In this document: positions 33,441 through 43,259 of the stretch, one piece after another
Position numbering within the stretch: the stretch's first letter is position 1
Layout: each line of letters starts with the position of its first letter
Source of the DNA: an uncultured Nitrospinota bacterium
Lineage (GTDB): Bacteria > Tectomicrobia > Entotheonellia > J063 > CAVPRW01
Assembly (NCBI GenBank): GCA_963707985.1
Contig: CAVPRW010000041.1
Coordinates: 1-64,000 of the forward strand
Length of the DNA stretch: 64,000 nt
Reading direction: 5' to 3'
Notes under the pieces: model-generated
Seen by the model: the letters and a program-made list of their open reading frames with translations, nothing else
Told to the model about the DNA's origin: nothing
The model's database searches: none
Translations under genes and position numbers: made by a program

Positions 33441-33962
33441 ATGTATACCATTCAGCGACTGGAGACAGACTCTGCCGCCAGATGGGTGCCGCAGTTGGTT
33501 GAACTCTTGCGTGACGCGGTCGACGCCGGGGCGTCAGTTGGGTTTCTAGCGCCGCTCTCCGATTCTGACGGCCGCCAATACTGGACCGAGGTCTTCTCCG
33601 AGGTTGGCCGGCAAAGCCGCATCGTGCTGGCCGCGGTGCAGCACGACCAGATCGTCGGCAGTGTGCAATTGGCGCTTGGCACGATGCCCAATGCCCTGCA
33701 CCGCGCGGAGGTGCAAAAGCTAATCGTCCTGCGATCGCATCGTCGACACGGGATTGGTCAGGCACTCATGACAGCCGTGGAGGAGGCAGCGCGTCAGGAG
33801 GGGCGTCATGTGGTGGTCTTGGACACTCGGTTGGGAGACGATGCAGAGCGCTTATATACTCACATGGGCTACCTGCGAGTCGGGGTTATTCCCCAATTCG
33901 CGCGCAGCTCGACGGGAACATTGGATGCCACTGTCATCTTCTATCGCGATCTCTCGGCATGA
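33441..33962 (+). CDS. GNAT N-acetyltransferase
   Basis: GASVGF, HRAEVQKL, RRHGIG, VLDT. Confidence 0.88.
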   Translation: MYTIQRLETDSAARWVPQLVELLRDAVDAGASVGFLAPLSDSDGRQYWTEVFSEVGRQSRIVLAAVQHDQIVGSVQLALGTMPNALHRAEVQKLIVLRSHRRHGIGQALMTAVEEAARQEGRHVVVLDTRLGDDAERLYTHMGYLRVGVIPQFARSSTGTLDATVIFYRDLSA

Positions 33963-34098
33963 CCCTGAAGCCGTTTGATAAGCGATACCCAAAGGGCCTC
34001 CGAATGCTTGCTTGATCTCTTCAAGCGTCCATGGCCAAGGAACTCATCTCGTATTCCGAAATGTGTCGGCGCGAGGGGACGACCGATTTAACCTTCGA

Positions 34099-35163
34099 TT
34101 ACAACTTATGGCCGGTCCATAGCACCCCTTGGTCGCCGGGACATCCGCCACCGCATTCTGCAAGGTGTAATACCCTTTCGCCGATGATTTTCCCAACCAA
34201 CGGAGGCACTGAATTCCCAACATGTCTGGCAATGGTGCCGCTGGTTCCTTCAAAAATATAGCCATCATTAAATGACTGAAGCGCGGCCGCTTCCCTCAAA
34301 GAAATAGCACGAAGCTGATTCGGATGCCCAAATCGTCCGGCAGATAAGACATGACATCGGGTTGTGAGTGTAGGGGCGGGCAAATCCCAGGCCATCCGTC
34401 CGTAAACGTCATAATACGACCGGCTGCTGCGTCTTGATGGGAGCTGAAGATGCTCAGGCCAACTTCGGGAATCGCCCCCATCATATGGAGTATATCGCAA
34501 GCGCTCCAAATTTACGGCTTCAAGTCTCATGACCTTATGATTAGCAACTGCAGGATGCTCCTCACCTGCTTCAAGGGCAGGATACGCGGCGATCGCCTGT
34601 CTAACGGTAGCAACTTTTGCGCTTTTGGCGGGCAATGTCATTGTCTGGCGGTGGGCTGCCAACAGCAGCAGCCGTCGTCGCCTTTGTGGTAACCCATACG
34701 AGCACAAGTCCACTACCTGGCTATCAGGAAAATATCCGAGAGCTACCAATCGCGCGACAAAACTCTGGAAAACATGTCGCTTCAGCATCTGTGGAGCATT
34801 TTCTGCGAAGACGAACCGCGGTAGGAAATGCGCGATAAAATCGCCAAATACCGACAGGAGATCTTCCGACTCAAATCCGTTATTTCGGCGATGGTTCAAA
34901 TTGGAGAAGGGCTGACAAGGTGCACAGCCGACGAACATTAGGGCGGCGCTATCAAGATTGTGCCTCTCCAGTTTCTGTTGAAGAACCACTGGGCAAAACG
35001 TGTGCAAATCGGCTTCAATGAATGGGACTCTATTATTGTTCTCATAAGTTGCCTTTGCGCTAGGATCGATGTCTATGCCAAGGGCAACATCCACGCCGGC
35101 ATCAAGAAGTCCTCTCGTGAGCCCACCGGCGCCGCAAAAGAAGTCTACCGCGAGGACCTTCAT
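34099..35163 (-). CDS. DNA (cytosine-5)-methyltransferase
   Basis: Motif I DFFCGAGG, IV PCQPFS, VI ENAP, VIII PQRRRR, IX/X REAAALQSF..GNSVPP. Confidence 0.95.
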   Translation of the reverse strand: MKVLAVDFFCGAGGLTRGLLDAGVDVALGIDIDPSAKATYENNNRVPFIEADLHTFCPVVLQQKLERHNLDSAALMFVGCAPCQPFSNLNHRRNNGFESEDLLSVFGDFIAHFLPRFVFAENAPQMLKRHVFQSFVARLVALGYFPDSQVVDLCSYGLPQRRRRLLLLAAHRQTMTLPAKSAKVATVRQAIAAYPALEAGEEHPAVANHKVMRLEAVNLERLRYTPYDGGDSRSWPEHLQLPSRRSSRSYYDVYGRMAWDLPAPTLTTRCHVLSAGRFGHPNQLRAISLREAAALQSFNDGYIFEGTSGTIARHVGNSVPPLVGKIIGERVLHLAECGGGCPGDQGVLWTGHKL

Positions 35164-36956
35164 TCGAGCCCCTCTAAAATGCTTCGAAAGGAGTGAACAA
35201 CATCATCAACGAAGTCGCGAGACGATTGTAGCCAAAGCCCTAGCGCGAAAGTGAAGGCCCTTGCCATCCATTCGCTCTGCTGCTGCAACTCGAACAATCG
35301 ATTTTTGGCTATCCCGGATTTGCCGTTCTGCGGAAGGGGTTCCTCAAAAGTACTGTAGAAGCGTGCCCATTGATCCGGGGGCAAAATTCCCCGTAGCTTG
35401 TCCTGGATTGACAGGTTGGGTTCAAGCACTATATTCTGGTGTAACCATTCGAAGATAACAACCTCCGGGGCGCCAACTCCCGGTAGGAAAACGTGAAATC
35501 GGTCGAGATGATCCACGTATCTCACAATGAAGTGGGCGTCGAGTCGATACCTATTCTGCGCCTTTGTAAAGTTTTTGGCAGCGGCCCGCACAGAGACACG
35601 TTTGCAGCCAAGTATTGTGCCGAGTCTTCTGACAACCTTATCATAGGCCGTTCCACGCCTCAATTCCCGTTCCACACGAACAACGTTGCTAAACTCTTCT
35701 CGGGCTCGATCAAAAGCTATACCCCGACAATCGCCGTCAAGAACCAGGACAGGAACGAGCGTCGCATGGTCTCCTTGGTAACGGGAGAAGATTGCAGGAA
35801 ATTCATTGGACAAGATCTGCTGATAGCCAGCGCTCGAAGCGGCCTGTATCTCAATTTGATCACGGATGGTAACGTCCCATTCGACAATCTGTCCGAGGAT
35901 CTCGCGAGCGAACTCGTCTTCGACGATGGCTCTCAGCTTTGGATATTGACGATCGGTAATCTGCCTTAGAGCGAGTGAGCTATTGGTGTGGCGCGCGTGT
36001 ATTTTCCCCGATGGAGAGAAGCGTTCCAAAAGAATGATGGACTCTGGCGTTAGTACCTCGAGAAATACATTGGAGTGAGTCGTGAAGATGAACTGCAGGT
36101 CCCTCTCGATGGCCTGTTTGATAAAAAACTCTAGTAAGCGCTCTTGTGAGCTTTGATGGATGCCAGCCTCCGGCTCGTCTATCAGCACTAATGAATTCTC
36201 CGCCACGCTTGAGATAACGTCCACCATCCTGATGATGGCAATTTCACCAGAGCCCGCAGCAAGATCCGAATAACTTTCGTCGATGATGTAGCCCCAACAC
36301 TCGTCCGTCAGTTTTGAATAGATGTCACTCCGACGGCTAATGCTTTGATATGTTTTTCCAACAATGATCTCCACTGCCCGGACAACCTCTTTTGGCAGTG
36401 GTACAATCCGCTGCTCATTCGCACCGACGGTTTGTAACATCCTGGCAATGATGGGCTGGGATATTTCGAAATGCTCTGCGAGTAAGTGGGCGTTAGAGAT
36501 GATTTTCTCATATCCAAAGAAGAGGGTGGTTCGCTGCTTACGAGTCCGTCGCCTGCGGCGGTCCCATTCCCGTCTCCCAACACGGCCGACTTGCCGCTCG
36601 TGCCATCTCAGTGTCTGCTGCGTACCGTCTTCGTACTCAAATCCGTATTCGCTTCCCAGTTCAATCTTGTCCCTATATGACTCCGGGACGAAATGGTTGA
36701 AGGTGCGTCCAGATGTTCTGCCCGTTTCCCCAGGCGGTGCATACGCACTTCCCGCGAGGAACAGTACGCTCGACTTGCCTGTACCGTTTCTGCCCACAAT
36801 AGCCGTCAAGGGCGACCAAATTTCAATTGGAAGATCGCTATTGAAGTTCCGGAATGCTGGCCAAAGGATCTTGCAGAGAAAGTTTTCGGGGTACTGCCCA
36901 GATTGCAATCGCGCATTTCGCTTTCGCAATTGTTCGAGGAGATGACGATCGACCAT
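35160..36956 (-). CDS. ABC-type ATPase fused to a TOPRIM-like domain (OLD-family-like nuclease)
   Basis: Walker A GRNGTGKS, AGSGE, Walker B LVLIDEPE, FTTHS; then AIVEDEF, VLVLDGD, FLPGVGAPE. Confidence 0.8.
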   Translation of the reverse strand: MVDRHLLEQLRKRNARLQSGQYPENFLCKILWPAFRNFNSDLPIEIWSPLTAIVGRNGTGKSSVLFLAGSAYAPPGETGRTSGRTFNHFVPESYRDKIELGSEYGFEYEDGTQQTLRWHERQVGRVGRREWDRRRRRTRKQRTTLFFGYEKIISNAHLLAEHFEISQPIIARMLQTVGANEQRIVPLPKEVVRAVEIIVGKTYQSISRRSDIYSKLTDECWGYIIDESYSDLAAGSGEIAIIRMVDVISSVAENSLVLIDEPEAGIHQSSQERLLEFFIKQAIERDLQFIFTTHSNVFLEVLTPESIILLERFSPSGKIHARHTNSSLALRQITDRQYPKLRAIVEDEFAREILGQIVEWDVTIRDQIEIQAASSAGYQQILSNEFPAIFSRYQGDHATLVPVLVLDGDCRGIAFDRAREEFSNVVRVERELRRGTAYDKVVRRLGTILGCKRVSVRAAAKNFTKAQNRYRLDAHFIVRYVDHLDRFHVFLPGVGAPEVVIFEWLHQNIVLEPNLSIQDKLRGILPPDQWARFYSTFEEPLPQNGKSGIAKNRLFELQQQSEWMARAFTFALGLWLQSSRDFVDDVVHSFRSILEGLE

Positions 36957-37365
36957 TGCACCGATCCATGAGACGGAGCGTTTCCAGAAGGTCCGCCACT
37001 GAGAGTCGCAGCTCGCAGGTCCAGATCACGTGCACCCGCCAGCCGATGCACTCAAGCGCTGCGCTCGTCTTGGCATCTCTTTCAACATTGCGGCCAATCT
37101 TCTCACGCCAGAATTCATAGTTAGACGTAGGGAGTTTGCCTCGTCGGCAAGAATGTCCATGCCAAAAACAACCATGGACGAAGACCGCATATTTGAAGCG
37201 GGAAAGAACGATGTCCGGCCGACCGGGAAGCTGGGTATTATGGAGGGTATAGCGGAAACCTGCCGCATGCAGAGTTCTTCGGACTTCGAATTCTTGTTTG
37301 GTACCTCTTGAGCGCACCGTGGACATGATTCGGCTACGCGTCGCCTGGTCAAATCTGTCGGCCAT
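36838..37365 (-). CDS. vsr: Very short patch repair endonuclease
   Basis: SRIMS.VRSRGTKQE, LPGRPDIV, FVHGCFWHGH, FWREKIGRNVERD; the 3' tail overlaps the ATPase gene by 119 bp. Confidence 0.93.
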   Translation of the reverse strand: MADRFDQATRSRIMSTVRSRGTKQEFEVRRTLHAAGFRYTLHNTQLPGRPDIVLSRFKYAVFVHGCFWHGHSCRRGKLPTSNYEFWREKIGRNVERDAKTSAALECIGWRVHVIWTCELRLSVADLLETLRLMDRCNGRSSSPRTIAKAKCAIAIWAVPRKLSLQDPLASIPELQ

Positions 37366-37610
37366 CTAGATCTCGCTTATTCAACTCACGCACTTGCGAG
37401 CCAGCTGCCCACACCGACCGCACCGCTCGGCAACACACCCGAATTATCAGGCAGTCAATCGAAACGAAAAGCTATCCCGATGACATTGTTCCGTACGCAG
37501 ACGCCGTACATCGGTTGATGCCAAAAACATTCAACTCTTGTGCGCTCACCATTATCTTTCCAAAGGCGCCAACCGGTCGTGATCAAAGTCTAGAATATTT
37601 GCTATGCCTA

Positions 37611-38607
37611 TCACAGGCTGAATTCAGCCCTATGGTTGGCGAGGAGGCGCGCTGCCTCTTTCGCGAAGTAGGTCAGGATCATATCAGCGCCGGCCCGCCT
37701 GATGCTCAGCGAGCGATTCCAGCATCACGCGCTCGCCATCGATCCATCCCTGCAGGGCCGCCGCTTTGATCATGGCATATTCGCCACTGACGTTATACGC
37801 TGCCACTGGCAAGTCGAAGGTCTGCTTGACACGGTAGATGATATCCAGGTAGGGCAACGCCGGTTTCACCATGACGATATCGGCCCCTTCTTCGATGTCG
37901 AGGCGGACCTCACGCATGGCCTCCTGGCTGTTCGCCGGGTCCATCTGGTAGCTGCGGCGATCGCCGAATTGCGGTGCCGAGTCAGCGGCCTCCCGAAACG
38001 GACCATAGAAGCTTGAGGCATATTTGGCGGCATAGGCCATGATCGGGATGTGGCTGAACCCGGCGCCATCGAGCCCCTGGCGAATGGCCTGCACCCGTCC
38101 ATCCATCATGTCCGAAGGTGCCACCATGTCGGCCCCGGCCCGCACATAGGCGAGTGAGGCTTTCGCCAGCAATTCCACACTGGCATCGTTGAGCACATGC
38201 TCTCCCTCGACCATCCCGCAATGCCCATGGCTCGTGTATTCGCACAGGCAGACATCGGTGATGACGGTCATCTCCGGCACAGCTTTTTTCAAAGCGCTGA
38301 CCGCCCGCGGGATGATGCCATCCTCGGCATATCCCGATGAACCCAGCGCATCTTTGTGCTCCGGCAAGCCAAACAACATGATCGCGGGAATGCCAAGATC
38401 CTGCACCTCCTTTACCTCTTCTAGCAGGCGGTCGATCGACAGGTGAAAGTTGCCCGGCATGGACCGAATCTCGTGTCGCACCCCTGCCCCCGGCACGACA
38501 AACAGCGGATAGATGAAATGATCGACCGAGAGGTGGGTTTCGCGCACCATACGACGCAAATGCTCCTGCTCTCGGATACGGCGGGGACGATAGATCGGGT
38601 AGCGCAT
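37611..38607 (-). CDS. hemB: Porphobilinogen synthase, one frameshift near 37710
   Basis: [25 protein letters not shown]; conserved tail [16 protein letters not shown] continues in another frame to TGA at 37611. Confidence 0.95.
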
Positions 38608-38682
38608 GTTCAGATCCTCTTGACCGGGAGGAGTGGGGCATGAGGACTGACTTGTCGCCATGCCTTCCTCAAGCCTGAATTC

Positions 38683-39510
38683 TTATGACTGAGTCCTGTT
38701 ATCAAAATATTCCACAATGGCGCGAGCCAGTGCGGGAACGGTGTATTCCTCCGCAACGATCGTCGGTATCAAGCCATACGAGCGCGCCGTATCCGCTGTA
38801 ATTGGCCCTATACAGGCCACCACGGTATTTCGGAGCAATTGCGGGAGATCGCCTTCACCGAGGAGCGTCACGAAATTCGTCACCGTCGAGGAGCTGGTAA
38901 AGGTGACCGCGTCGATGGCGCCTTGCTCGAAGAGCCGACAAATGTCGGGTGCAAGGTCGACAGACGGCAGAACGGTGCGATAGGCTTCGACGACATCCAC
39001 CTGCGCGCCGCGCTCCGCCAACGCCCTCGGCAAGATATCACGGGCGACAGCGGCGCGTGGGATGAGCACGCGGGTGTCCTGCAGGGGAAACGCCGATAGA
39101 CTTTCCACCAACGCCTCGGCGCGGTACTCACTCGGCATCACGGCGACCTGGACACCACGCCCTCGCAGTTCGTCAGCCGTGGCTGGTCCGATGGCGCAGA
39201 TGCTGAGCCCGCGCAAATCCTCGGGCAGCCGGTTCTGGGCCTGGAAGCGTCCGAAAAACGCTTGCACGCCAGTGACACTGGTGAAAACGAGCCACTGGTA
39301 TGTGTGAAGGGCCATCAATGCGCGATCGAGCGGCTCCCAGGAGGTAGGGGGAACGATCTGAATCGTCGGCACTTCGACAGGCTCGGCGCCTTCCTCGCGC
39401 AGCAAGGCAGCAAATCGGCTGGCCCGCTCGCGTGGACGCGTGATGAGGATCTTCTTGCCGAGCAGAGGTTTTGCGGTTCGTGGCGGACGCTGATCAGCCG
39501 ACATCGTCAT
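38683..39510 (-). CDS. hemD: Uroporphyrinogen-III synthase
   Basis: ILITRP, FTSVTGV, AIGPAT, FTSSST, CIGPIT. Confidence 0.92.
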   Translation of the reverse strand: MTMSADQRPPRTAKPLLGKKILITRPRERASRFAALLREEGAEPVEVPTIQIVPPTSWEPLDRALMALHTYQWLVFTSVTGVQAFFGRFQAQNRLPEDLRGLSICAIGPATADELRGRGVQVAVMPSEYRAEALVESLSAFPLQDTRVLIPRAAVARDILPRALAERGAQVDVVEAYRTVLPSVDLAPDICRLFEQGAIDAVTFTSSSTVTNFVTLLGEGDLPQLLRNTVVACIGPITADTARSYGLIPTIVAEEYTVPALARAIVEYFDNRTQS

Positions 39511-40463
39511 CGCGATTTCCCCACTCCAGAACTGCGTGTCGATCCATAAATATCACGGAGGATTGCCTCGCCCCCGCGCTGCAACAATTCTTCGGCTAAC
39601 ACCGCCCCGATCTGCTCAGGTGCGTGTACCTGACCCCAGCGTTCTCCCTGCAGCAGGGTATGACCATCCATATCACTGATCATCCCACGCAGGCAGAGCT
39701 GGCTCTCATCAACGGTGGCCCAGGCAGCGATCGGCACCTGGCACCCTCCCTGAAGACGTGCCAAGAACGTCCGTTCAGCCGTCACCGCCGCCTGTGTAGC
39801 CGCGCCCGTCAGAGGTTGGAACAGGCTGTGAGCCTCCTCATCATCACTACGCATCTCGACTCCCAGGGCACCCTGCCCCACGGCTGGGAGGCTGATCTCC
39901 GGCGGAATGATGTCGCTGATACGCCCTTCCCAACCCATGCGCATCAATCCTGCAGCCGCCACCACAATACCATCCAGGTCATCGGTCTCCAGCTTGCGCA
40001 GACGCGTATCGACGTTTCCGCGCACGGGGACGATGGCCAGATCAGGCCGCCAGTGTAACAATTGCGCACGTCTCCGTAGACTGCTGGTGCCAATTACAGC
40101 GTTCTGGGGGAGCGTCGCCAAATGCAACCCATGGCGTGCAACGAGGGCATCTCGGGGGTCGCTGCGCGCCGCCAGCATGCCTACGCTCAGTCCGTTCGGC
40201 AGCTCGCTTGGTAAGTCTTTGACGCTGTGCACCGCCCAGTCGATGCGACTATCTAACAAAGCTTCCTCGATTTCCTTGACGAAGAGTCCCTTGTCACCGA
40301 TTTTGGCCAGCGGGACGTCCTGAATTCGGTCACCGGTGGTCCTGATGTGCATGACGTCAACGTTCAAGCCGGGCCAGGCAGCCTGTAGCGCATTGACCAC
40401 GATCTGTGTCTGCTGTACGGCCAGGGCGCTACCACGCGTGCCGATGCGAAGCGATCTAGACAT
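39507..40463 (-). CDS. hemC: Hydroxymethylbilane synthase
   Basis: IGTRGSALA, KGLFVKEIE, GTSSLRR, GGCQVP. Confidence 0.96.
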   Translation of the reverse strand: MSRSLRIGTRGSALAVQQTQIVVNALQAAWPGLNVDVMHIRTTGDRIQDVPLAKIGDKGLFVKEIEEALLDSRIDWAVHSVKDLPSELPNGLSVGMLAARSDPRDALVARHGLHLATLPQNAVIGTSSLRRRAQLLHWRPDLAIVPVRGNVDTRLRKLETDDLDGIVVAAAGLMRMGWEGRISDIIPPEISLPAVGQGALGVEMRSDDEEAHSLFQPLTGAATQAAVTAERTFLARLQGGCQVPIAAWATVDESQLCLRGMISDMDGHTLLQGERWGQVHAPEQIGAVLAEELLQRGGEAILRDIYGSTRSSGVGKSR

Positions 40464-40524
40464 GGGTTTTCCACTCTTCGGCAGAGGGATTCGATAGGTG
40501 TATCCTGGGGCTGCCGTGCCTCCA

Positions 40525-41790
40525 TTATTCATCCAAACTGAACAGGTCCCGGAGGGCCTGGAGGTATCGCCCTCCCCCTTTGGCCTGTGATTCTTGCTTA
40601 AGCCGCACGATGGGTGTATGCAAGAGTTTATTGATGATGGAGGAGGACATGGCTTCGATCGCCTGGCGCTCGACGTCAGAGAGCGGTCCGAGCTTCGAGA
40701 AGAGCTTTTCCAGCTCTTGATGGCGAATCGCCTCGGCCTTTCGGCGCAGGCGAATCACCGCGGGAACGACCTGCTGTTCGTCGAACCATTTCAGCACATC
40801 CTCAACTTCATGTGAGATGATGGTTTCCGCCAGGACGGCCTCGCGCTCGCGCGCCTTGCGGTTCTCCTCAACCACATGCTGCAAGTCATCGATATCATAC
40901 AAATAGACGTTGGCCAGCCCGTTCACGGCCGGATCAATATCACGAGGCACGGCGATGTCGATGAAGAACATCGGGCGATTCTTCCGCTGTTTCAGCGCAC
41001 TCTGCACGTCGGCCTTGTGGAGAACGAAATCAGGGGCGCCAGTGGAGCTGACGATAATATCCGCTCGGTGCAGGTATGTAGGCAACTCAGCCAGTGCCAC
41101 ACCTTCTCCCTGGAGACGAGAAGCCAGGTCCATAGCGCGTGTGAGGGTGCGATTGGCGACCAGCAGATGTCGCACGCCCTGGCTGATGAGATGTCGTGCG
41201 GTTAGCTCAGACATCTCCCCGGCTCCGAGGATGAGAACGGTTTTAGCCGAGAGGTCCTGGAAGATCTTCTTAGCGAGCTCGACGGCTGCATAACTGACCG
41301 AAACTGCCTGCTCGCCGATGTGCGTCTCGGTGCGCACACGCTTGGCGACCGCAAAGGCCCGCTCAAACACTTGATTGAAGACAGTGCCTGTGGCGTTGGC
41401 ACGGCGGGCGATGGCAAACGCCTCCTTGACCTGTGCGGCGATTTGGGGCTCACCAATGACCAACGAGTCGAGGCTGGAGACTACACGAAAGAGATGACGC
41501 AGCGCCCCGGCACCATGGTGTGTATAGAGAAACGGTGTCAGCGTTTCGGTGACCAGGCCATGGTAATCACTCAAAAATTGTTGTAAGCGGTTGCTGCCGT
41601 GGACGAGATGCTGGACATGGCCGTAGACCTCGACCCGATTGCACGTCGAGAGAATGACCCTCTCACCCCCGTCGGTATAGTGGGCTAGCTTTTCGAGTGG
41701 GCCATCGAGGGTATCTGGGGGAAAATGCAGCCGCTCCCGCCATTCGATTGGCGTCGTTTTGTGGTTTAGACCGACGACAATGATTTCCAT
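40525..41790 (-). CDS. hemA: Glutamyl-tRNA reductase
   Basis: VGLNHKT, STCNRVE, GEPQI, GAGEM, DIAVPRD. Confidence 0.96.
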   Translation of the reverse strand: MEIIVVGLNHKTTPIEWRERLHFPPDTLDGPLEKLAHYTDGGERVILSTCNRVEVYGHVQHLVHGSNRLQQFLSDYHGLVTETLTPFLYTHHGAGALRHLFRVVSSLDSLVIGEPQIAAQVKEAFAIARRANATGTVFNQVFERAFAVAKRVRTETHIGEQAVSVSYAAVELAKKIFQDLSAKTVLILGAGEMSELTARHLISQGVRHLLVANRTLTRAMDLASRLQGEGVALAELPTYLHRADIIVSSTGAPDFVLHKADVQSALKQRKNRPMFFIDIAVPRDIDPAVNGLANVYLYDIDDLQHVVEENRKAREREAVLAETIISHEVEDVLKWFDEQQVVPAVIRLRRKAEAIRHQELEKLFSKLGPLSDVERQAIEAMSSSIINKLLHTPIVRLKQESQAKGGGRYLQALRDLFSLDE

Positions 41791-41855
41791 CGCCCTAGCG
41801 CGATCCCCTTCTGCCCGAGACGGGGGTCATCCCATGACTGGCGCCCCCCCCTGCC

Positions 41856-42647
41856 TTAGCCGAGGGTGTGTATTAAGTATCCAAAGCTCACTGCGCAAAA
41901 GCCCACGATCACGGCCAACGCCGCACGCCTTCCCCGCCACCCCAGGTACCAGCGGCCGACAAACAGCAGCGTATAAATTCCCCACATGACGATCAGCGGC
42001 CAGGTCGTCCGCTCCCAGATCCAGAAAGAGCCCCGCGCGTATCGAGCCCAGATAGCCCCCGTAATGATCCCCTGAGTCAGCAACGGAAGTCCGAAGGCCA
42101 GCGCCCAAAAGTTCAAACGATCGAGCATTTCCAATGACGGCAACCGGGTTGAGAACCCTCCCGGTTGCTTGGCCTTGAGGTAGCTATCCTGGATCAGATA
42201 CATAATGCCGCCGCAGAACGTCAGTGCGAAGGCGGCATTCCCCAGACAGGCGAGCACGACATGGATAATGAGCCAGAAGCTGGTCAGCGGAGGAAGAAAG
42301 TGAGCCGACTCCGGAGGGATCGCCACCCCTAGTAGCAGGGCGAAGAGTGCTATTGGCATTAAGAAGGACCCCAGCGCACGTATGCGTGTAGCCAACTCGG
42401 CAATGAGATACGCCAACACCACGGTCCAGGAGAAGAAGGCCGTGGCGCCTTGTACTTCAGAGAAGAGCAGGGACCCGACGCGAGAGACTTCCACGCTGAG
42501 ATATCCAGTATGCAAAAGAAACCCGACGCACGCGGCTCCAACGGCGTACGGCAACAGTATACGCTTGCGGGAAGCCATCAGCAGCCAATGGAACAACGTG
42601 CTCAGTATGTAACAGAAGAGGGTCAGGTTGTCGAGGATGACGTTCAT
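41856..42647 (-). CDS. ccsA: CcsA/HemX-like cytochrome c assembly family membrane protein
   Basis: Multi-TM; WLIIH, LPSLEMLD, GAIWA..SFWIW; directly upstream of hemA. Confidence 0.8.
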   Translation of the reverse strand: MNVILDNLTLFCYILSTLFHWLLMASRKRILLPYAVGAACVGFLLHTGYLSVEVSRVGSLLFSEVQGATAFFSWTVVLAYLIAELATRIRALGSFLMPIALFALLLGVAIPPESAHFLPPLTSFWLIIHVVLACLGNAAFALTFCGGIMYLIQDSYLKAKQPGGFSTRLPSLEMLDRLNFWALAFGLPLLTQGIITGAIWARYARGSFWIWERTTWPLIVMWGIYTLLFVGRWYLGWRGRRAALAVIVGFCAVSFGYLIHTLG

Positions 42648-42665
42648 GACCCGTCGATTTCCTGC

Positions 42666-43160
42666 TTAACTCCTGCCACCTATCCTGTCTGCCTCGAATG
42701 GCAACGATGTAGGGGAGGAGGCGAGACGTTCGATTTTCTCCAGACGCCGGCTATGTCGGCCTCCCTCAAAAGGCGTGTGCAGCCAGGCATTGACGATGTC
42801 CAGTGCCACCATCTCCCCGGTGATGCGGCTCCCCATCGTCAGCACATTGGCATCGTTATGGGCGCGACTGAAGCGTGCCGTGGTGGGATCATGGCAGACG
42901 GCCGCACGCAGGTGCGCAAACTTATTGGCGACAATGGACATCCCGACGCCCGTACCACAGATCAAAATGCCGCGCTCGACCTCACCGGCCCCCATCGCCT
43001 CCGCTAACGCGATGGCGAAATCCGGGTAATCGCAGGCCTCTTCGCTATGAGTTCCGAGATCGATGACGGTATATGAGTGCTCAATGAGCCAGCGTCTAAC
43101 CGACTCTTTAAGGCGGAAGCCGGCATGATCGCTACCGATACCGATCCGTTCTTGCTGCAT
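42666..43160 (-). CDS. rpiB: Ribose-5-phosphate isomerase B
   Basis: GSDHAG, DYPD, CGTGVG, HNDAN, FEGGRH. Confidence 0.95.
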   Translation of the reverse strand: MQQERIGIGSDHAGFRLKESVRRWLIEHSYTVIDLGTHSEEACDYPDFAIALAEAMGAGEVERGILICGTGVGMSIVANKFAHLRAAVCHDPTTARFSRAHNDANVLTMGSRITGEMVALDIVNAWLHTPFEGGRHSRRLEKIERLASSPTSLPFEADRIGGRS

Positions 43161-43259
43161 GCCGTCATTCCCTCCAGGATACGCCTCCCATGCTCCCTCC
43201 TGCCCATCGACACGGTGCTAAAGGGCATACTGCGAGGCTGTAGAACAAGGGATGATGAG

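Noticed and set aside
35160..36956. Gabija, retron or Septu assignment for the ATPase
   Set aside because: No UvrD helicase, reverse transcriptase or intact HNH partner is adjacent.
36838..36956. Vsr C-terminal extension as a new domain
   Set aside because: It overlaps the ATPase coding region in another frame and looks like run-on sequence.
37616..37629. Perfect palindrome GGCTGAATTCAGCC near the cassette boundary
   Set aside because: It lies within the corrected hemB 3' end and no matching copy was found at the other boundary, so it is not supportable as an att site.
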